Shown here: piece after piece, positions 49,833-61,974 of the stretch
Position numbering within the stretch: position 1 is the stretch's first letter
How the letters are laid out: each line of letters starts with the position of its first letter
Source: Selaginella moellendorffii
Taxonomy: Eukaryota > Plantae > Lycopodiophyta
DNA length: 64,000 nt
Assembly (NCBI RefSeq): GCF_000143415.4
Contig: NW_003314318.1
Location: 558,001 to 622,000, forward strand
Reading direction: 5' to 3'
Program-made: the position numbers and the translations under genes
The notes under the pieces: model-generated
What the model was told of the DNA's origin: nothing
What the model saw: only the letters and a program-made list of their open reading frames with translations
Databases searched by the model: none

Positions 49833-50986
49833 ATTCCTTTTGGTAGTAGGGAAAAAAAATTCAAAAGGATTAGCTGACAAATAATTTTTGATACCTGCAG
49901 TTACATTTATGACATTTTTCGTGTGCTCAATCATATAAACAATCAAAGATAATGATTGAAGGAAAATTGTCCATTAACAAAAATGCACTTTTATTTCCAA
50001 TCAAAGGATTTTTGGTAATCCCCCTAAAAGTCCAAATTCAAACGCTTATAAATCATTTCCCCCTTGTAACTTGCTAGGGAAGTCCAAATTCAAAAACTTA
50101 CAAATCCATTCCCTTTTATACTAGAATTTATTTGTTGTGTTTGGGCCAAAAACCATTATCTTTGTCTTACTCATATGTTTAACAACAAATCCATTCCCCC
50201 TTCTAGTGGAAGTTGTTTGCTATATCTAGGCTAGAAACCATCATCTTTGTCTTAGTTGCATTGAAGTTCCAGTTGTGAGGGGACCAATATCCACATTTAT
50301 GAGCAACTACAGAATCATCCCAGGAAGCAAGATTGAGGAGGGAGTGTGCCCTGCCATAAGCATTTCTAGCCCATTGATGAATAGGCATAAAGAGTGGGGC
50401 AACCTGTGTCATAGTCAGTCTTAGTATGCTGTAGGATGTCCACTTTCACGTTTTCGTAAAGCCTCTAAATGAGCTTGATGAGCTCTGGTTGGGACATTTA
50501 TCTCTTGAAGCTGTGTGCTTGTCAAAGGCTTTTACTATGTCGATGTAGCATACATGAACTGAAGTAGGTCCACAGAAGTGGCTACCCGCCGCATCATTAA
50601 GTGGTCAATGCAACTATAATGCAGTTGGAACCCAGCCTGCCCTCTCACTCTACATCTTTTGTCTTCTGTCCAGCACACAAGACACCTTTGGCTAGAAGCT
50701 TCGCAAAGATTGTTGAGATCAAGGGTTTCTTAAAGCATGAGAACATGATATCTCAATCTATAAGTGTCAGAAACTCAGTAGATTGTCCCCTTGTCCATCA
50801 TAAATATTCTATAGACTCTAGAAAGTATCCATCTACACCTGGGTTCTTAAAGACCACCAAGAAATTTTTTGTTTATCCTGAGAAAGCACAATATTATGAG
50901 TTGAGGATAATGAACAAAAAACAGTTGTGCAACTAGTTCTTCAGAGGGTTTAACTTAAACCATAAACCCGAAATGTAGATCCTTTC

Positions 50987-51920
50987 TCAGGCACTCTTCA
51001 AGGCTGTTGTGCGGGATCTCGTGATCAAGAATACGCCCCTATAAATTGCAGATCTCGTAATCAATGGCTATCAAGAAGAAACTCATTGTTACCAGCAGAC
51101 AGCAGCCAAGTTGTGGAAGAGGACTCGGAATTGGATCGGCATGTACGTGTAATTGATCCAGCCAACAAGCGGCCACACCTGCGCATGTAAATCAAACCAA
51201 GCAGTCACTAATCTTCCCACTGAATCCAGTAAAGTTTAGTACCCTCCAAGCATTTAGTTGCACAGAAGGATAGTCATTGCGAAGTTTTCTCTTGACAAAC
51301 GACCATGACTTTCCTGCGTAGAAATAATAACACGCACGGAGCTTAATGATCAAACTCTCGACGATCAAACACGCAAAGAGCCTTACCTTCGATCACGGAA
51401 GTGAGGTACACCATGAAAACAAAATTGTTCCAAGGCCCCGATGTGAGCTGCTCGACAATAACCTGGAAATCCAAATGCAAGGTAAGAGAGAAGTTCCCCT
51501 TTTCTTTCTCTCAAGCAAACCTTCTTAGTGACCGTCTTTTGGTCGCGTTTACCAGCGAAGACGTAGTCCATGAGCTTGTGGAAAAAGTGTCCAAATGGAC
51601 CCCCATACAACAAGCCATAGAGCTTGACAAAGAAAAAACAAAGTAAATTAAGATCTAGGACGAAGAACACGAAGAATTTCTTACCGCAATGAGAAGGGCG
51701 CGCCTCAGCTGGAGCTTCTTGACCCCCATGAGCTTCTGCGCGACGAGATCACTGCATCCAGCCAGCGTCCCGGCCGTGAGCGCCTGGAAATCGATCAAAT
51801 GGAGGGAGGAATTCCATGAAATCGAGCAAAAAGAATCGATCTCCGGCCTACCTTGGTGGGCAAAGGATTCTTCTGCAAGGAAGTAAGGTACTTGCGCCAA
51901 GCGAGCTTGACGATCTCCAT
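50987..51920 (-). CDS. PMP22: Peroxisomal membrane protein PMP22 (Mpv17/PMP22 family), multi-exon
   Basis: AWRKYLTSLQKNPLPTKALTAGTL, LYGGPFGHFFHKLMD, EQLTSGPWNN, WPLVGWINYTYMPIQFRVLFH. Confidence 0.92.
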
Positions 51921-52083
51921 CCCTCCCCTCCAAAATTCCCCACTCTCTTCTAGTTATAGTTTTGCGCCTATCTTTCCCTAAAAGGTTTCGAGCCTTAGCC
52001 TTTCTTAAACATCGGGGATAAACCAAGAATATGCTAGTAGTTTTTGACAGGAGAATCGAACCCGAGAATTACCCTAGGGCGCT

Positions 52084-52093
52084 CTAGGGTTTT
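52084..52093 (-). promoter_or_regulatory. Telo-box (AAACCCTAG) upstream of RPL38
   Basis: ctagggtttt; this element is typical of plant ribosomal-protein promoters. Confidence 0.6.
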
Positions 52094-52135
52094 GGCGGCG
52101 GCTGGAGATCGATCGATTGCGCCAGGGATTCCGCG

Positions 52136-52478
52136 ATGGTAAGCTCTTCCTTCTCAGATTGCAGCTGGGCCTAGGGGATTGATTCGTCTCTCGGCGCGTG
52201 CTATCAGCCGAAGCAGATCAGCGAGATCAAGGATTTCTTGCTGACGGTGAGGCGGAAGGACGCGCGCTCCGTCAAGATCAAGAGGAGCAAGAATGTCGTC
52301 AAGTTTAAGGTCCGCTGCAAGAAGTACCTCTACACCCTGTGCGTCTTCGACTCGGACAAGGCCGACAAGCTCAAGCAATCGCTTCCGCCTGGTGGGATTT
52401 TTCATCGTTTCGCCCCTTCTTCTTCGCTAATCCGTTCTTTGTTTTTCTTTTCCAGGCTTGACTGTGCAAGATCTCTAG
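52136..52478 (+). CDS. RPL38: 60S ribosomal protein L38 (eL38), 3 exons
   Basis: M|[62 protein letters not shown]|LTVQDL. Confidence 0.97.
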
Positions 52479-52942
52479 GACAGCTTCGAGAAGGAAGCTC
52501 GCATTTTGTAAGAGAATGGCTTAAGTTGAATTGACGTTGTTGCGAAGGCTTTGGGTCTTTGATCTGTGTTGTTTCGAAGAAAGCTTAGCTCTGGAACTTG
52601 GTGAGCTCAAAGTTGCCGAGTTTTCCCAACTCCAAGGTGCTGCCGATTATGCTTTCATCATCCGCCAGCCAGTTCTTTCGATTCCCAACACCAGAATTGA
52701 GAAATATCAACCTGGATAGCATTCGTCATGAAGAGGAAAAATAGATGGAAGTGTACCTGCGGACCATGCTCCGCTTCCGAAATTCGTCATGGACAGAACA
52801 AGCTCAAGGCGAGCCACGAGACAAAGTGTGGGAGCATGTTGGATGCTCGCAGCATTTTACAGGGGCGATCAGGAGATCGAAGAGAGCCTCAAACACAAAA
52901 GACTATACACAAGACTCCCAAATCTGAAACATTCTTACGTTC

Positions 52943-54487
52943 TTAGAGGTGCTCGTCTACGATTTTGGTGACAACTTGGACACCATGCTGGGAAAGCAGC
53001 TAGTTAGCCATGACAAAGAGAGCTAGCTCGCTTACATTGTGTATGAAAAACTCGTCTTTTTCCACCAGTGAAGGCTTGTCCCACTGAGCAGTGAAGACGC
53101 GAGCTCCTGACGCCGCCTGGGGCGGCGGCTGAAGGAAAAGTCTGTGCGTCACAAATCTCTGCTTTCTTTATTTTCTCAGAGGTTAGTCCACAAGTGAAAA
53201 GAACACAAGATACCTGCCAAGCTGCCGGCATGTACTCGCGGTACTGGATGCGAGAAGCGATGGCTTTCCTCTTGGGAGGTGCATAAAGGAGAGCCTTCGT
53301 TGCCAGAACCAAGAAAAGCTTGGTGTTGCGAAGGTTACGTAGCTCTTGGACAATCAGCTCGGAAAAACGCTGGACACCGAGCGTTCTGCAAACGAGATGA
53401 TATCCTTTGCTTTCAAAAGAAAGAGGTCCCTTATTCTTACCTTCGACTGGTGTAAGCAGCAGCACAGCTAGACATCCAATCCAGCCAATAAAACGAGCCA
53501 ATACTGCAAAAGGACACCAAAGTTACACACCATTTCTCGACATTGTCTGAGTAAATTGGAAGAGAACCCGTCGATAAGAACTAGCTGTACTGCTTTGCCG
53601 TGGTGCTCTTGAGATATCCTGCTTGACTGGATGTGAAGGCTCTGGGAAGCAAGAAAAGAGACAAGATCGACCGAGGACTTGAATGAAAACTGCCGGTTCC
53701 TTACCTTGAGAGATGCCAGGAATTCAAAGCTCTTGAAACACCTCAAGCAATAAAAGCGTCTCAGGCTGGCCCTCAAAACCTCCTCTCCTTGCTCTTCCAA
53801 GCAAATCGAATTCGAAGCTGTATCATCCTTATGTGCCGCTAAAGTGTTCTAAACGTCAGAACTTTGCTCTCTAAGAAACTGATAGAAAAGTTTACCATTA
53901 ATACGAGCTTTGAGCACGCTGGTCAGACGCGCTATGTCGAATCTCCCATCCAGATCAAACATGAGAACCACAGCTTCCGATCCTCCGTAAGAAACTCCGT
54001 TAAAACTTGCTGGAAGAATACACGAAACAGCAGCCTGGAAAAAGAAAAGACGATCGAATTCACAAAGTCTAGAAAAAGAACGAGCGAATGAACGAACGAA
54101 AGCGCGAACCTGGATAAGCAATTCAGTCTTTCCAGACCCACTAGGCCCAGCAATCTCCAAGACATGCCCCGGCCTGAGCGCAGCTCGATCCAGAGGAGGA
54201 GCAATCGAAACAACCGGAGGCCGCCTCAAATCTCCTGCTCTTCCAATCCCACATTCTCTCCTGCTCTCGCTCCTCTTGCTCGCCCAGCCCTGGAACGCGT
54301 CCACAGCGGTCTCGTCCGTGGCACACCACCCGCAAACTTGATCCGGCGTCACAGTCACGCTCTCCACATCCAATTCTCTCTTCCTGCTGGAGCTGGAATC
54401 GCCTGCTTGCGACCTCCGGCGCCATCGCGGCGCTACTGGAGCACGGCGCTTGCGTATCCATCCCTCGCTTTTCTTCCTTCTCGGCAT
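52943..54487 (-). CDS. XRCC2: DNA repair protein XRCC2 (RAD51 paralogue), multi-exon
   Basis: LRPGHVLEIAGPSGSGKTELLIQAAVSCILP..YGG..FDLDGRFDIARL, YREYMPAAWQRFVTHRLFL; the start codon is uncertain. Confidence 0.88.
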
Positions 54488-54609
54488 TCCAACCTAAGTA
54501 TATGAAAAGAATTAAACGTAAAGTTTATAGATCCAATTGTCCTGGAGAAAGCATGAATTCAGCGATAGTTCCAAGTAGATGAGAGAAAAAAAGTTTTGGC
54601 TTACCAGTT

Positions 54610-55792
54610 TTACAAAAGCTTCAATTGTCTTGTCACCGAATCAACGAGAGGTTTGGGTCCTGCGGATGAAATGCAAGTTACGCAAAATCGAACGAGGGAA
54701 AATGTGTGAAACCTGGTCCAATCACCAGCACCGTCTTCGAGCCTGCTGCTACCTGTTTGAATCAAACACAAGTATTTTTGTTTCTTTCAGTAGCAAGCCT
54801 GAGAACAAAAGAAGAACGAAAGAAAAAAAAGTGGAAGACGAACTATAGATTTTAAAAGAGATCACCATACCTGAGTGCGACCTGCATCGGCGATTGTAAA
54901 AGTTGGCAGTCCGGCTCTCTCGGCTTTTGCTTTCAGATCATTCCTGTTAAGATTTATGATGAGCGAGCGATGATCTTTCTGGGAATGGTTTTAAGTCTCA
55001 CATTTCTGGTTCGTGCTTGCAGCTGACAACGATCTTGGGTTGGCCGCAAGATTCCCACTTGCTCAGCAGCGATCGATTGCTGGATGAAAAAAACGTGTGA
55101 GGAAGTTTTGCGATAAACCGAGAACGTACCTTTGCATGAGATCGCTGTATATGCCCACTGCTGCATCTGGAGGAAAGAATTCACAAAATCGTCAGGAAAA
55201 GCAAAGGAGAAAAGAAAGAAGCAAACACTTTGGGAAGAAAAACTCACGAGCACACTGAGAGGCAATCTTTCCTCCTCCCATCTTCAAATCCATTCGCACA
55301 ACAAACACCTGCGCAAACAAAAGAAAGAGCTCAGATATTCAAAGGTCGAGGAGAGACAACAGTACCATTTTGAGCTCGCCAGTTTGATCCGAGTTGATAA
55401 CGCTGCTACCGCTAGAGCTGGACGATCCAGACGCAGCAGCATTGCCTCTTCTAGCCTTGCTACCAGAACGAGGAGCAGCGGGGGTAAAAAGAGCCTTGCC
55501 GGCATTCTTTGGAAGCTCTGTCCACAATCCCAGCGTGAATCCCAGTATGAGCCCCGGCAAGAAGTAGGAGATTTTGAGCGCAATCGTCAGCCAGGTCTCC
55601 CTGCCGCTGGCGCTGGCGCTGGCGCCGATTTCCTGCCGGAAAAGAAAAGAATCGAATCGATTCGATCGATACGGCGAAGGAATGCGCTCGATTGACGAGA
55701 TTAGGGCGAGGAAATACCTGACGAGCTCGGGGCGAGCGCTGCAGTGGCTGCTTGTGGCTTCGCCAATGCGGCTTCTCCTCGCGCTTCATCAT
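54610..55792 (-). CDS. PTH2: Peptidyl-tRNA hydrolase 2 (mitochondrial type), multi-exon
   Basis: N-terminal TM segment FLPGLILGFTLG, then ELKMVFVVRMDLKMGGGKIASQCA, WESCGQPKIVV, IADAGRTQVAAGSKTVLVIGPG, VDSVTRQLKLL. Confidence 0.9.
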
Positions 55793-55820
55793 CCCTCTCT
55801 CTCCTCCACCAAAATTGTGG

Positions 55821-55923
55821 GGTTCGAATCTCTTCAAGTATAGTCTAGGGTTCGAATCTCGACACAAAGTTTTGAGGTTCGAATCTCCTGAATTACACAT
55901 TAAAATTCGAAGGTTCGAATCTC
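55821..55923 (+). promoter_or_regulatory. Four direct copies of GGTTCGAATCTC (Pol III B-box-like) in a 169-bp divergent promoter
   Basis: Copies at 55821, 55849, 55876 and 55912; the repeat is certain, the function is inferred. Confidence 0.55.
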
Positions 55924-55961
55924 TTCAAGTAAAGAAAGTTTAAGGAAGTTCTAAGCCAGCG

Positions 55962-58210
55962 ATGGCGGCATCGCTTGGCGCAGCATTTCCAGGGATTTCC
56001 AGCTCCTTCTCGAGGGATCGCGAGCATCATCGCCGGCGTGGCCATGGAGGAGTCCCTGTTGCGGCTAACAGCAGTGGAGGCGGGGGTGGGATCAAGACTT
56101 CGACGTCCCCAGTGGGGGATTTCGGGCTCAATCTGGCGGAATACGAGGCGCTGCCATCGATTCAAGCTCCCAAGCGTGTTGTTCTTGTCCGCCATGGCCA
56201 GAGTACGTGGAATGAGGTAGGACGCATCCAAGGCAGCTCCGATTTCGCTGTTCTCACGCCCAAAGGTGAGATTCAAGCCGAGACTTCCAGGCAGATGTTG
56301 ATTGGGGACTCCTTTGATGCCTGCTTTCACAGGTTCTTCTCATTCTTTTCTTACATTGTAGGAATTTCGTTTCGTTTCTCCATGATCAGGCGATCACAAT
56401 TTCATACTTTTCTTTTCCTCTTTGCAGCCCACTCGCAAGGGCCAAACGAACAGCGGAGATAATATGGGCTGCGAGACCACGTCCAATGTTGTCAGTGGAT
56501 GACCTTCGTGAGATTGATCTCTATGCTTTTCAGGTGCGTGAAAAAATATTCTGTTTGGTCGATGTTCCTATCATTCTTTCTCCTTTGCAGGGTCTAATGA
56601 AGAATGAAGGAAAACAGCGTTATGGTGATGCATATAGGAAATGGCAAATCGATGCTCCCAACTTTGTCATTGATGGTCACTTTCCAGTCCGAGAACTTTG
56701 GGTCCGGGCACAGAATTGTTGGAGCAGGATTTTAAGCTCCCAAGGCTCTTCAATTCTTGTGGTGGCTCACAATGCTGTGAACCAGGCACTTGTTGCCACT
56801 GCCGCTGGTATACCAGGAGCTCCTTTTTTCTTTTTTCTTTCTCTCACCTTTTATGTGGTGATTGACAGGATTGGGACCACATTACTTTAGACAACTTTTG
56901 CAGAGCAACTGTGGAGTGACCGTGCTTGATTTTACACCACGTTTTAGTGGTGATGGGCCTCCATACACTTGTCTCGACAGACTTAATCAGGTATATTCTA
57001 TAGTTGCTTCTATTTTCTTTTGCTGATTCCAGTTCTGTAATAGACTCCAAGTCCACCAGTTGCTGCGGGTGGAGGAAGAAAAGCACGGTGCTGCCTTGTT
57101 CTTGTTTGCCACGGAGCTACTGAAAGTACTGTTCAGGTAACAGACTTGAGAATCATGCGTGCGTTTTATTTGTTGTTCGTGATTGTGTTCGTCTCTGCAA
57201 AACTTGACAGAAAAAATTAAGCTGCGAGGATATGTGACATGGGATTAAAAAGTTGAGAGACTGCGGTAAGCGCTTGTGTTTGAAAAGTGATGCTAATAGA
57301 TGCGAAAATTGCATTGCGTATGTCTTCTAGTACTAGACTTGATCGAATATTTTTGTGCTTGCAGAAGCGATTTCCATCCTCGGACAAGGAAACCATGAAC
57401 ATGCTGGGAGTTATTCAGGTTTGGTAGTTTTTTACACAAGCTCATGTATTGATAGGATGCACTGTTTGACAGTCACGTAAGACAGCAGAATTACTGCTTG
57501 ATGTTAGAGCAGGAAACATTTTTTCCGGTCCGCAACCTTGCTCTGTGAGCACGGCAGCTTCAATCGCCGAGGTTTCTTTCATATGCTCTGAAATTCTTTT
57601 TCAAGCTAAACGTTTTCTTTTTTTTTTTCCTTTTTCTCGCAGGTTCAAGAGGCTGCTGATTGTCTGGGAGCTGACTGCGTTCCCAGATACGTAGAGGTTC
57701 AAACACTACCTGAATTAGACGACATGAATTGGGGAGCTTGGCAGGCAAGTTTTTCCCATTCTCGACTCACTCTTTGTCTTAAACTGTGTATTTTCTCATG
57801 GGACATTCCAGGGGAAACTGAAAGAAGAAGTCGCCCATCATGAACGATGGCAGGACTTTCTCCAGCACGAGACCGTCGAGGGAGCCGAAAGCTTGTCACA
57901 CCTGTGGGAGCGAGCTGGAAACGCCTGGAAGAAACTCACGCTCAGCCTCAAGGATCTGGAAGGCACAGAAAACAGCACGGCTGTGGTGGTGGCTCACGAG
58001 ACGGTTCTCACGGCTTTGCTCGCCCACTGCCTCGATCTCTCGCAGGCCTTCCTCGGATCCTTTCGATTGGACACCGCTGGAGTGTGCGTGATCGATTTTC
58101 CCGATGGATACTCCGGCAAGGGCGTGGTTCGCTGCTGGAACTACACGGCCCATCTCGGGCGATGGGCGGTCCCGGTTACGCGCCCAACGCTGGGAGACGA
58201 GGAGTTCTAA
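55962..58210 (+). CDS. Histidine-phosphatase (PGM-like) protein, probable 2-carboxy-D-arabinitol-1-phosphatase, plastid; multi-exon
   Basis: KRVVLVRHGQSTWNEVGRIQGSSDFAVLT, SPLARAKRTAEIIW, LREIDLYAFQGL, VVAHNAVNQAL; second degenerate domain ending NYTAHLGRWAVP. Confidence 0.88.
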
Positions 58211-58317
58211 GGAGACGCGCGAAAGCAAAGATTTTAAATTTGAAGCTGGTCGGGGGTTCGAAACCCGGCATAAGGGAACAAAATCTAGTCTCCAATTTAG
58301 GGTTCTTCGTTTGTTCC

Positions 58318-58884
58318 ATGGCGACGGTGGCAGCGCAGATATCCTCGCGCGGGGCGAATCTCATTGCTGTGATTGCGGACGAGGTGTGTGTCGTCGCAGG
58401 CACTGGCGAGAATCCGGGCTGAATGATTTTGGGGTTTTCCAGGACACCGTGACGGGATTCTTGCTGGCAGGAGTAGGGAATGTGGATCTGCGCCGCAAGA
58501 CGAACTATCTCCTCGTGGATTCCAGTAATGCCCAGCTCCCCTTTGTTTGCTAAGAATCTGTGATCTCTTCCTCCGCAGAGACGACTGTCAAGACGATTGA
58601 GGAGACATTCCGGGATTTCACCACCAGGGAGGACATTGCCGTCATCTTGATCTCGCAATACGTGAGTTTCTTCGCAAATCCAATCCTCCAACAACATATC
58701 TCTTGCTTGTTCTTGGCAGATCGCAAACATGATTCGCCTCACGATCGACGCCTACAGCAATCCCATACCCGCGATTCTGGAGATCCCGTCCAAGGATCAC
58801 CCCTACGATCCATCGCAAGACTCCATCTTGTCTCGTGTCAAGCACATGTTCTCCGGCGAGCCCGCGAGCGCTTCCAGACAATAG
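58318..58884 (+). CDS. VHA-F: V-type H+-ATPase subunit F, 4 exons
   Basis: LIAVIADEDTVTGFLLAGVG, DIAVILISQYIANMIR, PAILEIPSKDHPYDPSQDSILSRV. Confidence 0.96.
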
Positions 58885-58941
58885 GAAAGATCTCTTCGCG
58901 AATAATAAACCCTAGCTGAGATTTTAGGGTTCTTCGCGGCT

Positions 58942-59208
58942 ATGGATACCAAGCAATGGATCGAGGCTGGGCTGAGGAAATTCCAGGAAGTGAGGAGCCG
59001 GCGCCAGCAGCTCCGGAGCGAGGCTGCCGCGGAGGTGATGGTGGATCCTCGCGTCATTCTCACCAGGAAGGCAATCTACGCGCTCGCAATCGGCTGGATG
59101 GGCGCCTTGGGGTATCTCTACACGATCAATCGATCCTGGGACAAGGCCGCTGAGAAGTCCGCCGCCGCCGCCGCCGCCGCGAACAGCCGCCAGCGCGATG
59201 GGATCTAA
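58942..59208 (+). CDS. Small orphan protein (88 aa) with one predicted TM helix
   Basis: ATG-to-stop ORF with coding-like GC3, hydrophobic stretch AIYALAIGWMGALGYLY and telo-box motifs at 58907-58932. Confidence 0.6.
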   Translation: MDTKQWIEAGLRKFQEVRSRRQQLRSEAAAEVMVDPRVILTRKAIYALAIGWMGALGYLYTINRSWDKAAEKSAAAAAAANSRQRDGI

Positions 59209-59332
59209 TCGATCGCTCTTTCTTTCCTCGCGAAAATGCAGGTAGTGTTCTTCCAATTTCTCTCTAGTTTGCTAAGAAAGGGATCCTCTAGAATAAATCC
59301 GGCAGCTGGACGATCTAATCTCTAGAATCTCC

Positions 59333-61167
59333 TCATCGATTGAGCGAGGACAATCTCCTCGACTGGGCTGCGATGATCTGGGCAGTGGAGGGGCTTTGTG
59401 AGACGAAGATTTGGAAGCCATCGTCCCAGGCGGGGCTCATCCCATCCGCGAAGAGCTGCCACACGAGAGATCCCGCCGCGGCGCCGCCGGTCCTGGCCGA
59501 TGCGTAGACAGTGGAGTAGAGTGTGCTGAGGAATCGATCGCGCTGCCCCACGACATAGCCGGGGAGCCGGTCGGATTTGCCAAACTCCGCGAAGAGCACG
59601 GGCTTTTGGAGCACCGTCGTGGCATCGTCGATGTGTTCTTGGACCCAGGAGGAGAGGAACTGGAGCTGGGCATCGATGCTCGCTCCCGGAAGCCTGGGAG
59701 AAGAAAGATCGTCACTCTCACTTGATCAAGGTGGGATTTTTGTCATACCAGAGATCGGGATAGCTGTGGACAGTGGCAAAATCGATGCTGGGGATTTGGT
59801 TGTGCCGCAGGAAATCACTGCCCAGATTGCTACTCCAGCTTCCAGGGCTTGTTCTTGCGGGATCTTTGTAAAAGCCTTCCATTCCAACGTCGACGAGGTG
59901 GTTAACGTCGAGAGATTTGATAAAGGATGACATCTCTTTGATCCAGGCCTGGAAAAAAAGTGTTTTTTAGTGATCGAGAGAGTTATAGATGCTTGCCTCG
60001 AGGGTGTTGCCGGATGGATCGCTGGGGATTCTTGGCTCGTTCATGAGCTCCCATGCAAAGATTGTTGGGTCGTCGCGGTACGCGATCTTGGTGATGGTGT
60101 TCACTCTCGTCACCACTGTCTGCAAAAGAAAATAGAGGATTTTGAGCAATCTTGTTATGTTCTTCCATTTTACTTCCAATGAAAGAAAGCTTTCATTTTT
60201 CTATGGAATCCCCGTGACCCTCGAGTCAAGATGAAACAGAGGTCTTAAGTTTAAAGACAAACTTCACTGTATAATCAATCTCAAAATAAGATTGACTATG
60301 TGGCTTTGGCTTTTCAAGCGGTTCCTAATCTCTATCACTCTTGAGTTCTTCCCAAACTTCTCCCACCAAGAAAGAAGTAGAGCTTGAAAGCTATTTCCTT
60401 GATGGGAGAAGTTTACAAAGATCTCCCTCCTCGCAAAGAAAAAAAACATAACTTTTCGATCGAGCTACTGACCTGGATGTAGTTCCGAAAGTAAGATTTG
60501 ATGGTGGGCTCGCTGAAGAACGCATCGTCGGAGCTGCAAGCAATGCCTGCTTGCCGAGCCCATTTCACGTACTGGCTCTTCCCTCCCAGCGAATCGTAGT
60601 TGTCGCTCAAGCTTAGCAGCAGCCTCACACCCTGACTCCTCGCTTCAGCGATGACAAAGTCGAGCGCCTTCAAAGTCCAGACAAGATCACAAAAACAAAG
60701 TGTGAGTTTATACATCTCTAAACAAAGAACTAAGATATGACAATGAGCAAAGACAAAGAGTTTTGTTGTTTCACCTGAAGCGATTGCTCGCTGTAAACTC
60801 CGGGGCGGAGCTGGATGGCGTTGTAGCCACCGTCATTGAAAGCCCAAGTTCGTGCCACGGTGAGGCCCAGACTCGAGGCTTGCCGGAGGAAGCCGCTGAC
60901 TTGATCTCTCGACTCGCAGGCCACTCGGGTCATCCAGTAGGCGTTGAAGCCATTGACGTAGAACAAGCGGCCGTCGAGAGTGAATCGCGTGCCGCTTCGT
61001 GTCACGAATCCTCCCCCGATCGGTCGTGGGCTGATCTTCTCTGAGTCGAAGTTGCTACTTTGAGCTAGACTAGAACTAGCTACTGAGCTTCTAAGAGTCG
61101 AGACTATCAGAAGAAGTAGAGCAACCTGTGCTCGTGACTGTGATGATCTTGATCTAGCTAAGTGCAT
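59333..61167 (-). CDS. MAN: Mannan endo-1,4-beta-mannosidase (GH5_7), secreted, multi-exon
   Basis: [63 protein letters not shown]. Confidence 0.95.
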
Positions 61168-61974
61168 TGTCTTGGAAACGCAAGAATCTCAAGGAGGGAG
61201 TGGAAGAACTTGGAGTCTTTCACTGTTTTACCAGGCAAGGGCTTGTTAAGAAATGTTACAGGTTTGCTCTTGAGGGAACTTATATAAGTCATGTGTTCTA
61301 GGATCTGGCAGCAAAACGGCCCAAACAGTTTCCACAATGCAGGCCAGAAAACCGACACAGACTAACGTGTGTGAGCTCGTTTCACAGTTTTTTAAGATCT
61401 TTGGTGTTTCTTCCTCCTGGACTCCGAACAGAACGAAGCCAATGAGATAAAAGAGGAAAACGTTTCTCTGAGCAAAGCTTTGCGGCTCAATGCAGGGGAC
61501 GAATTGTCAAGGAGGAGTGATCGCCATTTCCTTAAAAAATACTTTTGAATGGGAGTGATTTAAAAGCGTGGGAGAGCGAATTGAGCTCCCCCTCTGTTAC
61601 ATTGCAGTGATCACTCGAGCAAAATTGGTCAAAATCCATCCCCCCTTTGATTCGGTTCGTAACGAACGAACGTGGTGCATGTTACGACCGTTGGCGACCG
61701 GGTAAAAGAATATCCCACGCCTTTGCTTGCATTAATATGCTACTCCCAAGGAACAAAGGATTGATTAATCGGAATGAACGTAAACAAAACAAAGCTTGGC
61801 TCTTTGCATGCTTCCAAGCGCAAACATCAGACTTTTGTGGCTTTACGACATGGTAACATGATTGCTAAGATTCTTGGGAACAATGTAAAAATTTCATAGA
61901 GATAAGTTTTTCTAGGGTTCTACGATGCTTGTTGGGCGTCGTTCTGGAGAACGTGAATTTAGACAGGGAGCTCC

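Noticed and set aside
50200-50940. Possible gene between the LTR array and PMP22
   Set aside because: Only short ORFs, with no recognisable motifs or consistent splice structure.
55821-55931. Short direct repeats with unique spacers resembling a mini CRISPR array
   Set aside because: Repeats are only 12 bp, spacers are 15-24 bp and irregular, the context is eukaryotic and there are no cas genes.
14736-61167. Functional clustering of two mannosidases (GH2 and GH5)
   Set aside because: They are over 40 kb apart, act on unrelated substrates (N-glycans versus mannans) and are separated by unrelated genes.
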